This document shows, piece by piece, positions 24,258-33,497 of a stretch of DNA of 64,000 nt. This DNA is from Longimicrobiales bacterium. Its GTDB lineage: Bacteria > Gemmatimonadota > Gemmatimonadetes > Longimicrobiales > Gaopeijiaceae. A program made the position numbers and the translations under genes. Position 1 is the stretch's first letter; the number at the start of each line of letters is the position of its first letter. The DNA lies in the NCBI GenBank assembly GCA_963664435.2, contig CAXXKM010000002.1, forward strand, positions 160,001-224,000, in the 5' to 3' direction. The notes under the pieces are model-generated. The model made no database searches. It saw only the letters and a program-made list of their open reading frames with translations, and had not been told where the DNA came from.

Positions 24258-25481
24258 TCAGGCCGAGCTTCGACCGGCTGGCGCGATTCGGGCACGAACT
24301 ACGTACTGCACATCGAACTCGTCGGTCACGATCAGCCATGCCAGGTCGCCCCGCACAACCGGGGCGACCTGGTCCGAGAGGCTGAGGCTCGGTCCGAAGC
24401 TTGCCGTACCGAGATAGCCGCCTTTCTCCGAGTAGACATCGAACACGGCTTCGCCGTCTGCTGCGGGGGTCCGGACCCACAGGTTGCCCTCGCCCGATTC
24501 GAAGATGGCCTCGATGGCGGGTTTGACGTTGGGAATACGGGACCAGTCGAACTGGCGATCCACACCAATGTTCGAGAGCCGTTGCCGCATTTCATCGATC
24601 ACTGAGTCGCGTTCCACCTCGGGCACGGGAACGGCGGGTCGGCGAGTCTCGACGAAGAGCGCTGTATCCCCCCCCGGCTCCCACCGCGCCAAGCGGTACT
24701 CGGGATCGCCATCCCGGGTGGACCAGACGTGGCCTCGCGAATCGTTGTACCTGACCTCGCCCGCGAAGAACGGGATCCCGTACAGCCTGTAGCCGCCGTC
24801 CCGCTCCAGGTAGAACATGCCGGGCTGACTCCTGGGGTCGTACTCTTCGTCCTCTGGTTGATCGCTGGGCAACGGCAGCGAGTCCACCAGCGTCATCGTC
24901 AAATCGTAGACCCGAATCTGTTCCCGGGTGCCGTCCGACCACGGCCGGTGGATGCGGCTCCCGTTCACCATCGCGCCGTTCCATACCCACCCGTAGTACC
25001 CGTCGGCGAACGGAAAGGACTCGAGGAAGCCGTCCACGGGATCGAAGACCGACATGCGTCCGTTCCGCGCATCCGGGACCCAGAGGCGTTCGCCGGGGCC
25101 AAGCATGAGGCCGTTCGCGTCCACGAACTCGCCGGGTCCCTGCCCCTTGCCGCCATGGGTCGCGACGTGAGCCCCATCGGGGCCGAAGACGCGCAGTTCC
25201 TGAACTTGGGAATCCAGGACGGCGAAGCCTCCATCTTCCAGCGCCACCAAGCCCTTCAGATAGGCGAACGCGTCCGGTCCGGTGCCTTCGAGGGAGCCGA
25301 TGCGAAGTTCCTCGACCAGAGTCCAGGTTGGGGATACGTTCGCCGCCGGGATGTTCGTGACGTGGACGGTGCCGGAAGGCAAGGTGTCCCGCAGCGTGGT
25401 CCAGTCGCTCGGAGAACCGCCGTCGCCGCAGCCGGCCAGGGCTACCCACGCCACGACGAGCAGCGTCCAACTCCGTTGCAT
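24258..25481 (-). CDS. 6-bladed beta-propeller lipoprotein
   Basis: Lipobox LAGC; EELRIG, GGKGQGPGEF, GNLWV, GGYLG, DEFDVQYVVR. Start ATG 25481, 2 nt after the M56 gene stop. Confidence 0.82.
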   Translation of the reverse strand: MQRSWTLLVVAWVALAGCGDGGSPSDWTTLRDTLPSGTVHVTNIPAANVSPTWTLVEELRIGSLEGTGPDAFAYLKGLVALEDGGFAVLDSQVQELRVFGPDGAHVATHGGKGQGPGEFVDANGLMLGPGERLWVPDARNGRMSVFDPVDGFLESFPFADGYYGWVWNGAMVNGSRIHRPWSDGTREQIRVYDLTMTLVDSLPLPSDQPEDEEYDPRSQPGMFYLERDGGYRLYGIPFFAGEVRYNDSRGHVWSTRDGDPEYRLARWEPGGDTALFVETRRPAVPVPEVERDSVIDEMRQRLSNIGVDRQFDWSRIPNVKPAIEAIFESGEGNLWVRTPAADGEAVFDVYSEKGGYLGTASFGPSLSLSDQVAPVVRGDLAWLIVTDEFDVQYVVRARIAPAGRSSA

Positions 25482-25483
25482 GA

Positions 25484-27670
25484 TCAGCGCCTTTGCTCGG
25501 TAGCGTGGATCAGGCGCCGCAACGCGGCGACATCGTCCTGGATCGACCGCTCGATTTCCTCGGCACGACGATCGGCGTCCCACTCCTCGATCTGCGCTTC
25601 TATTCCTCTGATCCTTCCGTCCAGATCGTACTGCTCGATCTGGGCCTCGATGTCCCGGATCTTCCCGTCCATATCGTATCGCTCGATCTGGTCTTCGATG
25701 TCTCGAACCTTCCCGTCGAGGTCGTACCGCTCGATCTGGTCTTCGATGTCTCGGACCCTCACGTCGAGGTCGTACCGCTCGATCTCCTGTCCGATCTCGC
25801 GCACTCGTTGGCCCAGATCGTATTCGCCGATGGCTTGGCGCGTGGATCGTAGCTCGCCTTCGGCACGTACCATTTCGACTTGCAACGCCTCCTGAGTCTC
25901 AGGCGATATCATCCGATCCATTCCCCGTCGGAGGCTTGCGACCTGCCGTTCGTGGCCCGCGATTTGACGGTGGAGACCCGCGACGTGTCGCTCGTGGGAC
26001 GCTATCTCGCGTTCTAGACTCGCGACGTGCCGTTCGTGGGATCCTATCTCCCGGCGCAGCCTCCCCTCCTTGGCGCGCACGTCCCACGCCTCGCGGGAGC
26101 GCGCCAACACGGTCAACATCAGGTTGCGCCAGTCGCGAGCTTCGTCGTCGAGGGGTTGGGAGCGGCCATCGATGCTCCACTCGTACACCAGGCCACCTGG
26201 ACCGGAAGTGATCGCCATCCGGTGAAGCCTCTCGGCCCGCGAAGCAAGAACCAGCCGACTGCCGGGATCCATGCTCGCGACCGCCGTACCGTCTCCGGTC
26301 ATCACGACCTCTCCGCTCGTCCGCATGCACAGCGCCATCCCGTCTACGGATACCCGCATCGTCGTCGACTCACGGTCCCGCATTATGCCGGTGAAGCTCC
26401 TCGGCTCGCACTCGATCTCCTGTGATGCGAGGGCTTCCGGCGCTGGCGGGGAGGGCGCGCTTGAGGCCGTCGCGAGGCGCTCGCCTGGCATCCTGTCAGG
26501 TGCCTGCGCTGACACCGGTTCCGGATTCCCTGGAGGTGCCGGGCTCTCGGCCGGACGCTCGTCGAGACGCGCGATCTCAGCCTGAGGCGCGGGACTCTCG
26601 CCTGGATCCCTGGGGACGGGTCTGGCACAGGCTGCAACCATGCCCACCACACCGACCAGCGCCAGCGCGGTATAGGTGCGGACTCTCGAAAAACGCGGTC
26701 GATGCAGCTTGAGAATGGACATGATTCTGCTCTCCAAATGCGGGTGTTGTACCACGGGCAGCGAGAGGACGGGCGGGCTAGGGGCGATCTCGGACGCCAG
26801 CGAGAAGAGGTGACGGGCATATGCGGAGGGGCGTAGTACGCCAAGTGCCAGGACTTCCTCGTCGCACGAGCGCTCCATCTCGGCGGCCGCGAAACGTGAT
26901 GCGAGCCAGATCAGGGGATGGAACCAGTACAGCGCCACCACGGCGCCGCCCACGAGGCGCCACAACGCATCCCGCCGACGCGCATGCACTAGTTCATGCG
27001 AAACGACCATCTCCCGCCGGCCGCACGTCCAACGCTGCGCAGACGCGGGAAGTAGAACCACGGGCCTAAGCGGACCGCCCGTCATGGGTGTGGCGACTTG
27101 AGTACTGGAGAGGATTCGAGCGCCGCCACGCACGCGCAGCCGGTGCCGGAGCGCATCCGTCGATCGGATCCAGTCCGGGTCGCGAATCGGGATTGCCCCC
27201 CGCACGAGCGTTCGGAAACGAAGGGCCCCGACGGCCAGGGAGATGAGCCCAGCCCCGCAACCGAGTGCCCAGATGAGGAACACGCCAACGGTGGGAGTCG
27301 GCGGCATTGACCGGCGGCCAGAACGGGCGACCGCACGAATCTGGTCGGGAATCGAGCTGCCGGAATGTGGCTGGCGTCCGGCGCTGAGAGGAGTGGCTGC
27401 AGATGATGGGTCGCTCGCTGTGTTTACCGGGATATGGTGCTCGATTGCCGTGGTCCGGACGGGGAGAATCGGCACCCTCCACGACGGGCCCAAGAGGGCC
27501 AGCACGGGCAGCGCGAGCAGCACTGTGAAGGTCGTGGTCCACAGGAGATGCAGGGTTCTCGCGGAACCCCGCCTCAGAAACCATGCCAGGATGAGGGCGA
27601 GCGACAGTACGAGCGTGGCCTTCGCAACCAGAGCGATGACGCTCGCGGCGGCGATGGGCAATCCGTTCAT
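25484..27670 (-). CDS. M56 family (BlaR1/MecR1-like) membrane metallopeptidase sensor with repeat-containing extracytoplasmic domain
   Basis: N-terminal TMs, HELVH zinc motif, YWFHPLIW, ERSCDE, LESRIMSIL; no penicillin-binding domain; C-terminal tandem repeats. Confidence 0.9.
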   Translation of the reverse strand: MNGLPIAAASVIALVAKATLVLSLALILAWFLRRGSARTLHLLWTTTFTVLLALPVLALLGPSWRVPILPVRTTAIEHHIPVNTASDPSSAATPLSAGRQPHSGSSIPDQIRAVARSGRRSMPPTPTVGVFLIWALGCGAGLISLAVGALRFRTLVRGAIPIRDPDWIRSTDALRHRLRVRGGARILSSTQVATPMTGGPLRPVVLLPASAQRWTCGRREMVVSHELVHARRRDALWRLVGGAVVALYWFHPLIWLASRFAAAEMERSCDEEVLALGVLRPSAYARHLFSLASEIAPSPPVLSLPVVQHPHLESRIMSILKLHRPRFSRVRTYTALALVGVVGMVAACARPVPRDPGESPAPQAEIARLDERPAESPAPPGNPEPVSAQAPDRMPGERLATASSAPSPPAPEALASQEIECEPRSFTGIMRDRESTTMRVSVDGMALCMRTSGEVVMTGDGTAVASMDPGSRLVLASRAERLHRMAITSGPGGLVYEWSIDGRSQPLDDEARDWRNLMLTVLARSREAWDVRAKEGRLRREIGSHERHVASLEREIASHERHVAGLHRQIAGHERQVASLRRGMDRMISPETQEALQVEMVRAEGELRSTRQAIGEYDLGQRVREIGQEIERYDLDVRVRDIEDQIERYDLDGKVRDIEDQIERYDMDGKIRDIEAQIEQYDLDGRIRGIEAQIEEWDADRRAEEIERSIQDDVAALRRLIHATEQRR
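25544..25831 (-). repeat. Six tandem 48-bp (16-aa) coding repeats, consensus IERYDLDG(K/R)VRDIEDQ
   Basis: Units IGEYDLGQRVREIGQE / IERYDLDVRVRDIEDQ / IERYDLDGKVRDIEDQ / IERYDMDGKIRDIEAQ / IEQYDLDGRIRGIEAQ / IEEWDADRRAEEIERS. Confidence 0.9.
25934..26059 (-). repeat. Three tandem 42-bp (14-aa) coding repeats
   Basis: LRREIGSHERHVAS / LEREIASHERHVAG / LHRQIAGHERQVAS. Confidence 0.85.
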
Positions 27671-28050
27671 CGTCCCTCCTCCGCTGCATTGTCGATCATG
27701 GCCTTGATGCGTTCGCGCTCCTCCGGCGTGAGGTCGCCTTCGCGGAGTTGCAGCAGCATGGTCACCGCGCCCTCGACGCTGCCTCCGAAGAATGTCCTCA
27801 GGACGTGGTGCATGGCGGAGCGTCGCGCTCGGGGAACGGGCATGGTGGGCGAGTAGACGTAGCGGGGGCCGTCGGGCGTTCTCGTCAGGTGGCCCTTGGC
27901 GACGAGGATGCGCAGAATCGAGCGGACGGCCGAGTCGGTCGGTGGGTCCGGCATTTGTTCCCGGATCTGAACGGCCGTGGCGCCGCTCAGCTCGTACAGG
28001 ATGTCCATCACCTGGCGCTCTCGTCTGCTAAGTGGGGGCAGTTGACTCAC
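27667..28050 (-). CDS. BlaI/MecI/CopY family transcriptional repressor
   Basis: LSRRERQVMDILY, SAVRSILRILVAKGHL, PRYVY, FFGGS; ATGA-coupled to the M56 gene. Confidence 0.92.
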   Translation of the reverse strand: MSQLPPLSRRERQVMDILYELSGATAVQIREQMPDPPTDSAVRSILRILVAKGHLTRTPDGPRYVYSPTMPVPRARRSAMHHVLRTFFGGSVEGAVTMLLQLREGDLTPEERERIKAMIDNAAEEGR

Positions 28051-28134
28051 GATGATCGCGCTCCATTCGGCGGTGTTCTCCGTCCAGCCCTCACGACTCG
28101 GAGGTTGCGGTCGAATGGGATCGTACCATCAAAC

Positions 28135-28150
28135 TGTTGAAAAAACAACA
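28135..28150. promoter_or_regulatory. Inverted repeat, candidate BlaI-family operator
   Basis: TGTTG-AAAAAA-CAACA, AT-rich, about 85 bp upstream of the blaI-like start. Confidence 0.5.
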
Positions 28151-28196
28151 TACTGGTCGCCGCGACACCTCCTCGCCGTGGTTCGCGCCACCGGGA

Positions 28197-28215
28197 CTCT
28201 GCCAGAATGGCAGAC
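28197..28215. promoter_or_regulatory. Third copy of the uvrA-upstream 19-bp palindrome
   Basis: CTCTGCCAGAATGGCAGAC; its reverse complement GTCTGCCATTCTGGCAGAG differs at 1 nt from the 22713/22744 copies. Confidence 0.65.
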
Positions 28216-28403
28216 ACTGACGATGAGCAGCGCGCACTATCCCGCAATATTTGGACGCCGGGGTTGCGGCGGTCGGGGTTCAGGGACCAGCGTCATCCAT
28301 CGGGTCGCTGTCCTGCGCATTGCCGCTGATCCATCGTCTCGGGGTCGTCGGCGAGGGAGGGAGAAGGATGAACGAAGTTCAGCTGCCACACCGGGAGCAC
28401 CCG

Positions 28404-29939
28404 ATGACGGTGCGGCGGTCGATCCGGCGGCATCAGGTCGGAATCCGGCCCACCGTCAACGCGTGCCTCTGGCTGGTTTTCGCGGGGTGCGGCGGAGAGA
28501 GCGCCGCGCCGGTCGCTCCCTCCGCCCCCGACACGGTCGTCGCCTCGATCCGGATAACGCCATCCGAACGAACCATCGGCCTCCTCGGCACCCGGTTCGG
28601 CACGGGAGCAGCGGCGCTGGCCGCGGACGGCACCACGCTGTACCACACGGGTCACGATCCCGGTCGTTTTGCGTGGTCGTCCTCCGCGCCCGAAATCGCG
28701 TCGGTGAGCGGGGACGGCAACGGCGAGTCCGCTCGTTTGATCACGGGGTTGAGCAATGGCACGGCGACCATCACTGCGACCAGTCAGGGGGTGACGGGCC
28801 GGCTGACGGTCACGGTGCGGGAGCGGGCGCGCGCTGCCTGGTCCGTTCCGCTCGACTGGTCCTTTCCAGAAGAGAGCAGGGGAGGATCGATCGACGCCGG
28901 CGCCGCAATCGGAGCCGACGGGACGATCTACGTCGGGTGGAATGACCACCCTGCCGAACGAAGTCATTTGTACGCCCTCGCGCCACAGGGAGGCATACTG
29001 TGGATCGTGGACCTCCCCGGCATCAGCTGGTCGACGCCCGCCATCGGCACCGACGGGACGCTCTATGTCGGGTTGCGTGGCTCGACCGGCCTCGTCGCCG
29101 TGGATCCGGCTGGGTCCGTACGGTGGGTACTGGACAACCTCTCCGGAATCTCGTCGTCTCCCGCTATCGGGCCGGACGGGACCATCTATGTGGCCGGTCG
29201 CCGCCACGTCCACGCGGTCGATCCCCGGGGCGAAATCCGGTGGACGTACGAGTCCTCCCACTTCACGTCGTCCCCCGCGGTCGCGAGTGACGGCACGATC
29301 TACGTTGGCGGGACGGATAACAACTTGCATGCGATCAACCGCGACGGCTCACCGCGGTGGACGTTCAAGAAGTCAGCCCTGGTCTGGTCGCCGCCGTCGA
29401 TCGGCCGCGACGGCGCGATCTATTTCGGTACGGACGCCGGTCGGCTCCACGCGGTGAATCCCGACGGGACCGAGCGATGGAACGTCTCGGTGAGAGACGG
29501 AGCGGTCCTGTCTCCGCCGTCGATCGGCCCGGACGGCGCGATCTATGTCCTGGGCAGGGGCCTGTTCGCCATCAATCCCGACGGCTCGATTCGCTGGCAC
29601 TTCCATTCAGCGACGTCCGGGTTCAGGACCACGCCGATCCTGGGGGCGAACGGCAACGTCTATCTCGGCTCGGGTGCTGCCGTCACGGCGCTGGACGCCC
29701 AGGGCAGGCTCCTGTGGGACTACCAGCCAGGTGGTGGCCACGGCTTCACGGGTGTCTGGGTCCTCGCGTCGCCCGCCATCGGTGTCGATGGCACGATCAT
29801 CGCCACCTCCTTCTCCGAAACGGACGGGGGCACCATACACGGGATCGTCGAGACGGAGTCGACGAACGGCGGCCACGCCGGCTCGCCCTGGCCGACGCAG
29901 CGCGGCAATCCAGCCAACACCGGGCGGGCCGGGAGATAA
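28404..29939 (+). CDS. Lipoprotein with Ig-like (Big_2) domain and PQQ-like beta-propeller repeats
   Basis: Lipobox FAGC; WSSSAPEIASV...GTATITATSQG (Ig-like); about 8 repeats of S(S/T)P(A/S)IGxDGTIYVG...LxA(I/V)xPDGxxRW. Start uncertain (GGGAG before ATG 28404). Confidence 0.82.
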   Translation: MTVRRSIRRHQVGIRPTVNACLWLVFAGCGGESAAPVAPSAPDTVVASIRITPSERTIGLLGTRFGTGAAALAADGTTLYHTGHDPGRFAWSSSAPEIASVSGDGNGESARLITGLSNGTATITATSQGVTGRLTVTVRERARAAWSVPLDWSFPEESRGGSIDAGAAIGADGTIYVGWNDHPAERSHLYALAPQGGILWIVDLPGISWSTPAIGTDGTLYVGLRGSTGLVAVDPAGSVRWVLDNLSGISSSPAIGPDGTIYVAGRRHVHAVDPRGEIRWTYESSHFTSSPAVASDGTIYVGGTDNNLHAINRDGSPRWTFKKSALVWSPPSIGRDGAIYFGTDAGRLHAVNPDGTERWNVSVRDGAVLSPPSIGPDGAIYVLGRGLFAINPDGSIRWHFHSATSGFRTTPILGANGNVYLGSGAAVTALDAQGRLLWDYQPGGGHGFTGVWVLASPAIGVDGTIIATSFSETDGGTIHGIVETESTNGGHAGSPWPTQRGNPANTGRAGR

Positions 29940-30152
29940 ATGGCCGGCGTTTTTCCTGCCGTCGACGGCCTCGGCGCTATTCCTGGCGGCGAGTTGCGTC
30001 CCGGGCCTCTGCGCCCGGACCGGATCATCATGGACACCGCGAGCGCCCAGCATGCGCGGCCCAACCCCCACGCCGCCAACGCCCCTGAAGCTCGGACTCG
30101 TCCCCTCCGCGGGGCCGACCCGGAGACACCAACGACACGGGTCACTCGCGCC

Positions 30153-30491
30153 ATGATGCAAGAGGTCACCGACGCCATCATCGACCAGATGGTGCAGGCG
30201 CTCGTCGCGGAGGCGGATCCCGAGCAGGTGATCCTCTTCGGCTCCCGCGCGCGGGGCGACTCCCGCGACCAGTCCGATGTGGACCTGATCGTCGTGGAAG
30301 CCGAGCCCTTCGGGCCCGAACGCAGCCGTCACCGGGAGATCGTCCGGCTCCGCCAGACCCTCCGGCCCTTCCATGTTCCGGTAGATGTCCTGGTATACTC
30401 GCAGGAGGACGTGGACTACTGGCGGGATTCGCTCAACTTCGTCCTCGCGCGGGCGTTGCGGGAAGGCCGGGTGATGTATGAGCGATCCTAA
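30153..30491 (+). CDS. Minimal nucleotidyltransferase (MNT) antitoxin
   Basis: PEQVILFGSRARGDSRDQSDVDLIVV (GSx10DxD), VDVLV, ALREG. Start probably ATG 30153; the 29940 extension is likely not translated. Confidence 0.85.
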   Translation: MMQEVTDAIIDQMVQALVAEADPEQVILFGSRARGDSRDQSDVDLIVVEAEPFGPERSRHREIVRLRQTLRPFHVPVDVLVYSQEDVDYWRDSLNFVLARALREGRVMYERS

Positions 30492-30597
30492 GTGCGCACG
30501 GGCCCTTCTCGAAGCCGCGGACCGCGACATCCTGACCCTCAGGGAGATAGGCGGGTATGCTCATCGCAGGATGCCCTCCACCTTCGGCGGGTGGTAA
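30478..30597 (+). pseudogene. Truncated HEPN toxin remnant
   Basis: Overlaps the MNT 3' end. MSDPKCARALLEAADRDILTLRE resembles HEPN N-terminal helices, then diverges and stops after 39 aa with no HEPN core. Confidence 0.55.
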
Positions 30598-30625
30598 TGA
30601 ATGCCCTCGATGACGATGGAGAGCG

Positions 30626-31330
30626 TCAGGGAGCGACCCCCACCCCCACCGAGATCGACAGCCCGCTGATATTGTACCTGTAATCGAGCCTCAGCGAACC
30701 CTGCTCGATGATCCAGTCGAGATAGGACCGCAGGTAGCGGACCCGGATGTCGACCGGCCACGCGCCGTCCAGGGTGACGCCGATGCCCGCGGTCCAGGGG
30801 ATCGTCGTGAACCTGTCGCGGTCTTCGCCCGCTTCCCCGTTTGAGGGATCGACCCCTCCGGTGGCGAACTCGCTCCACGTCCGGCGCGGCCCGCCGAAGA
30901 CGAAGCCCCGCGATCCTCCGGTTCCGAACCGGCGGCTGGCCACGAGGCTGAGACCAATGCCGTACCGGTCGGTGTAGTCCCAGCTGCCCGGCCAGACATC
31001 ATGGACGTTGCCCGCTGGAGTCGGCTGGATGGTGCCCTCGATTGCGCGCCGGACGAAGATGGTGCCCTCGAATTCGGCGCCCAGCATCCAGTTCCCGGGC
31101 AATTCCCGACGGACGCCGGCCGTCAGATGCGCGCCCAGCCTCAGGCCGGAAGCGGATGATGCGCTCGAGCTGGATCCACCGCCGATGGTCACCTTCTTGA
31201 TGTGTTCGACGGACACCCGGCCCACCTCGGGCGTCACGCGCAGGGACAGCGTGGACTGGGCGAACGACGGCGTCGGCGCCGGCAGGACGGCGCACATGGC
31301 AGCGATAATCGGCGCGGCCGGTTTCCTCAC
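30626..31330 (-). CDS. Secreted protein, probable outer-membrane beta-barrel
   Basis: Signal peptide (SFA-Q), alternating amphipathic beta strands; GTG 31330 overlaps the CocE-family gene stop. Confidence 0.6.
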   Translation of the reverse strand: MRKPAAPIIAAMCAVLPAPTPSFAQSTLSLRVTPEVGRVSVEHIKKVTIGGGSSSSASSASGLRLGAHLTAGVRRELPGNWMLGAEFEGTIFVRRAIEGTIQPTPAGNVHDVWPGSWDYTDRYGIGLSLVASRRFGTGGSRGFVFGGPRRTWSEFATGGVDPSNGEAGEDRDRFTTIPWTAGIGVTLDGAWPVDIRVRYLRSYLDWIIEQGSLRLDYRYNISGLSISVGVGVAP

Positions 31331-33258
31331 GGCAGCACCCCCAGCGTCACCCGCGACGGATGCTCCGGCGACCGGTACACCGTCTGCTCGGCGGTGATGT
31401 ACTGGTCGGGGGTCGCCCGGTAGGTATCCACGAACTGCTGCGGGTTGCGGTCGTAGGCGGGGAACCAAGAGCTCTGCACGTGAACCATGATGCGGTGGCC
31501 GGCCCGGAAGGTGTGGTAGCGGTCGCGCAGGTCGATGTGGATGGGGATCACCTCGCCTGGCACCATCGCTTCCGGGTGCTCGAAGCTATCGCGGAAGCGG
31601 CCGCGCATGACCTCGCCCGCCAGGTGCATTTGGTAGCCGCCCATGGGCACCTCGCAGAAGGGTGAGTCGGGGGCGTCCTCCGGGTGGACGTCGATCACCT
31701 TCACGATCCAGTCGGAATCCGTCCCGGTTGTCGACACGAAGATGTCCGCGAGGATGGGTCCGGCGATGGTCATGTCCTCCGCGAGCGGCTCGGACTGGTA
31801 CACCAGCACGTCCGGGCGCGCCGACGCGAAGCGCTGGTCCTCCACCTTCCACAGATGGCCGAGCGTGGTCCGCTCCTCCGCGGAGAAGGGCACGGGATCG
31901 TCGGGGTCGCTGACGAAGGTATCCGCACCCCCGGGCTCCGAGGGCGCCTCGAACGCGAGCATCCCGTCCTCCCGCAGATACAGCGACACCGGCTCGACAC
32001 CGGCGGGCGGCCAGCTCTCGTGGCGGCGCCAGACGTTGGCGCCGGTCTCGAAGACCACGGCCTCGTGCGGGGTCCAGCCCTCCGCCCCGCGCAGGTGGTG
32101 CTCGAAGAAGGGGAACTGCACCTCGCGCTGGAACGTGATCGAGGTCTCGTCCCCGAACTCGATGCACCCCAGGTGGTCGCCCAGCATGCGCCGCCATCCG
32201 CCGTGCAGCCATGGCCCGGCGGCCAGCGTGTTCTCCGTGCCCGGATTCTCGGCCTCGATCGTCCGGTAGATCGACATCGGGCCGTAGAAGTCCTCGGTGT
32301 CGAACCATCCCGCGACGTTCAGGACAGGGTGGCGGATGCCGCCGAGGTTCGCGAGCGCGTTCTGGTTCTGCCAGTACTCGTCGTAGGTGTCGTGCTCCAT
32401 GAAGTCGTTCCAGGCCGGGACTTCTCCATGGAAATAGAGGTCGTCGATGTTGGATGCGGCGCCCGCCTCGAGGAAGAAGTCGTAGCCGGAGTCGGTTCCG
32501 TAGTCGAAGGCCGTCCCCCTCGCATCGGTCGGTCCGTCGCGGCGACGCGCGTTTCCGGCGAGCCAGGAGAAGGCGTACATGATCCTGAAGGCGCCGTTGT
32601 GGTGCCAGTCGTCGCCGATGAACATGTCCGCGGGGGAAGCCTGCGGGGACGACGCCGCGAGCGCCGGATGCGCGTCGACCATGCCCATCACCGTCTGCCA
32701 GCCCGGGTAGGAGATGCCCCACTGCCCCACCCTGCCGTTGTGGCCCTCCACGTTGGCGAGCACCCACTCGATGGTGTCGTAGTTGTCGGTGCTCTCGTCG
32801 GCGGTGGTGGGCCCCCTGGGCGCCGGCGCAAGCGGCCGGATCACCTCGAAGTCGCCCTCGGACATGAACTGTCCGCGCACGTCCTGGAAGACGAAGATGT
32901 AGCCGGCGCGGTCGAACTCGGCGGAGGGGCCGAGGGGATTGCGGTAAAGGCCGGGCTCGTAGGGCCCGACCGAGTAGGGCGTGCGGAAGAGCATCACCGG
33001 GAGCGGTTCGGTGATCTCGCGCGGCCTGTAGACGATCGTGAAGAGCTCGACGCCGTCCCGCATGGGCACCGTGTGCGAGGTCTTCTCGTAGCTGGCCTCG
33101 AGCCACGCAAGGTGGGCCGCGTCGCCGCCGTGCGGGACTTCCCGGGTACGATTCGCAAAGTCTTCACCGGCTGCTTCCCGGTCCACGGGAGCGCCGCAGC
33201 CTCCCCAAAGCACCGCGAAGAGCAGGGCCGCCGCGGCCGGCAGGCCTCTCCGCATCAT
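31327..33258 (-). CDS. CocE/NonD family serine hydrolase (alpha-amino acid ester hydrolase-like), lipoprotein
   Basis: VPMRDGVELF, RTPY, QDVRG, WGISYPG (nucleophile), GWFDTED, GPWLHG, HVQSSWFP. Confidence 0.92.
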   Translation of the reverse strand: MMRRGLPAAAALLFAVLWGGCGAPVDREAAGEDFANRTREVPHGGDAAHLAWLEASYEKTSHTVPMRDGVELFTIVYRPREITEPLPVMLFRTPYSVGPYEPGLYRNPLGPSAEFDRAGYIFVFQDVRGQFMSEGDFEVIRPLAPAPRGPTTADESTDNYDTIEWVLANVEGHNGRVGQWGISYPGWQTVMGMVDAHPALAASSPQASPADMFIGDDWHHNGAFRIMYAFSWLAGNARRRDGPTDARGTAFDYGTDSGYDFFLEAGAASNIDDLYFHGEVPAWNDFMEHDTYDEYWQNQNALANLGGIRHPVLNVAGWFDTEDFYGPMSIYRTIEAENPGTENTLAAGPWLHGGWRRMLGDHLGCIEFGDETSITFQREVQFPFFEHHLRGAEGWTPHEAVVFETGANVWRRHESWPPAGVEPVSLYLREDGMLAFEAPSEPGGADTFVSDPDDPVPFSAEERTTLGHLWKVEDQRFASARPDVLVYQSEPLAEDMTIAGPILADIFVSTTGTDSDWIVKVIDVHPEDAPDSPFCEVPMGGYQMHLAGEVMRGRFRDSFEHPEAMVPGEVIPIHIDLRDRYHTFRAGHRIMVHVQSSWFPAYDRNPQQFVDTYRATPDQYITAEQTVYRSPEHPSRVTLGVLP

Positions 33259-33497
33259 CGCTCCATCCCGAGTCCGGTCCTGTCGGCGCATGCCTGCTCC
33301 GGGGTCGATTGGTTGCTCGCAAACACCGTTCGTGCCAACGTGTTTCCGGCATCCGGGCGTGTGCGGTCCTGCTCGCGCGGGCCGGAGCCGGAACCTGGTC
33401 ATGATTCCGGCATACTTCGGAGACCGTAACACCGCCCGATGAGCGGGACAAACCACGTTTGCCCCGGATGATTCCGCCGTCGACACCGGATTTCGCC

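Noticed and set aside
25544..25831. 48-bp repeats as a CRISPR array
   Set aside because: In-frame coding tandem repeats with no unique spacers.
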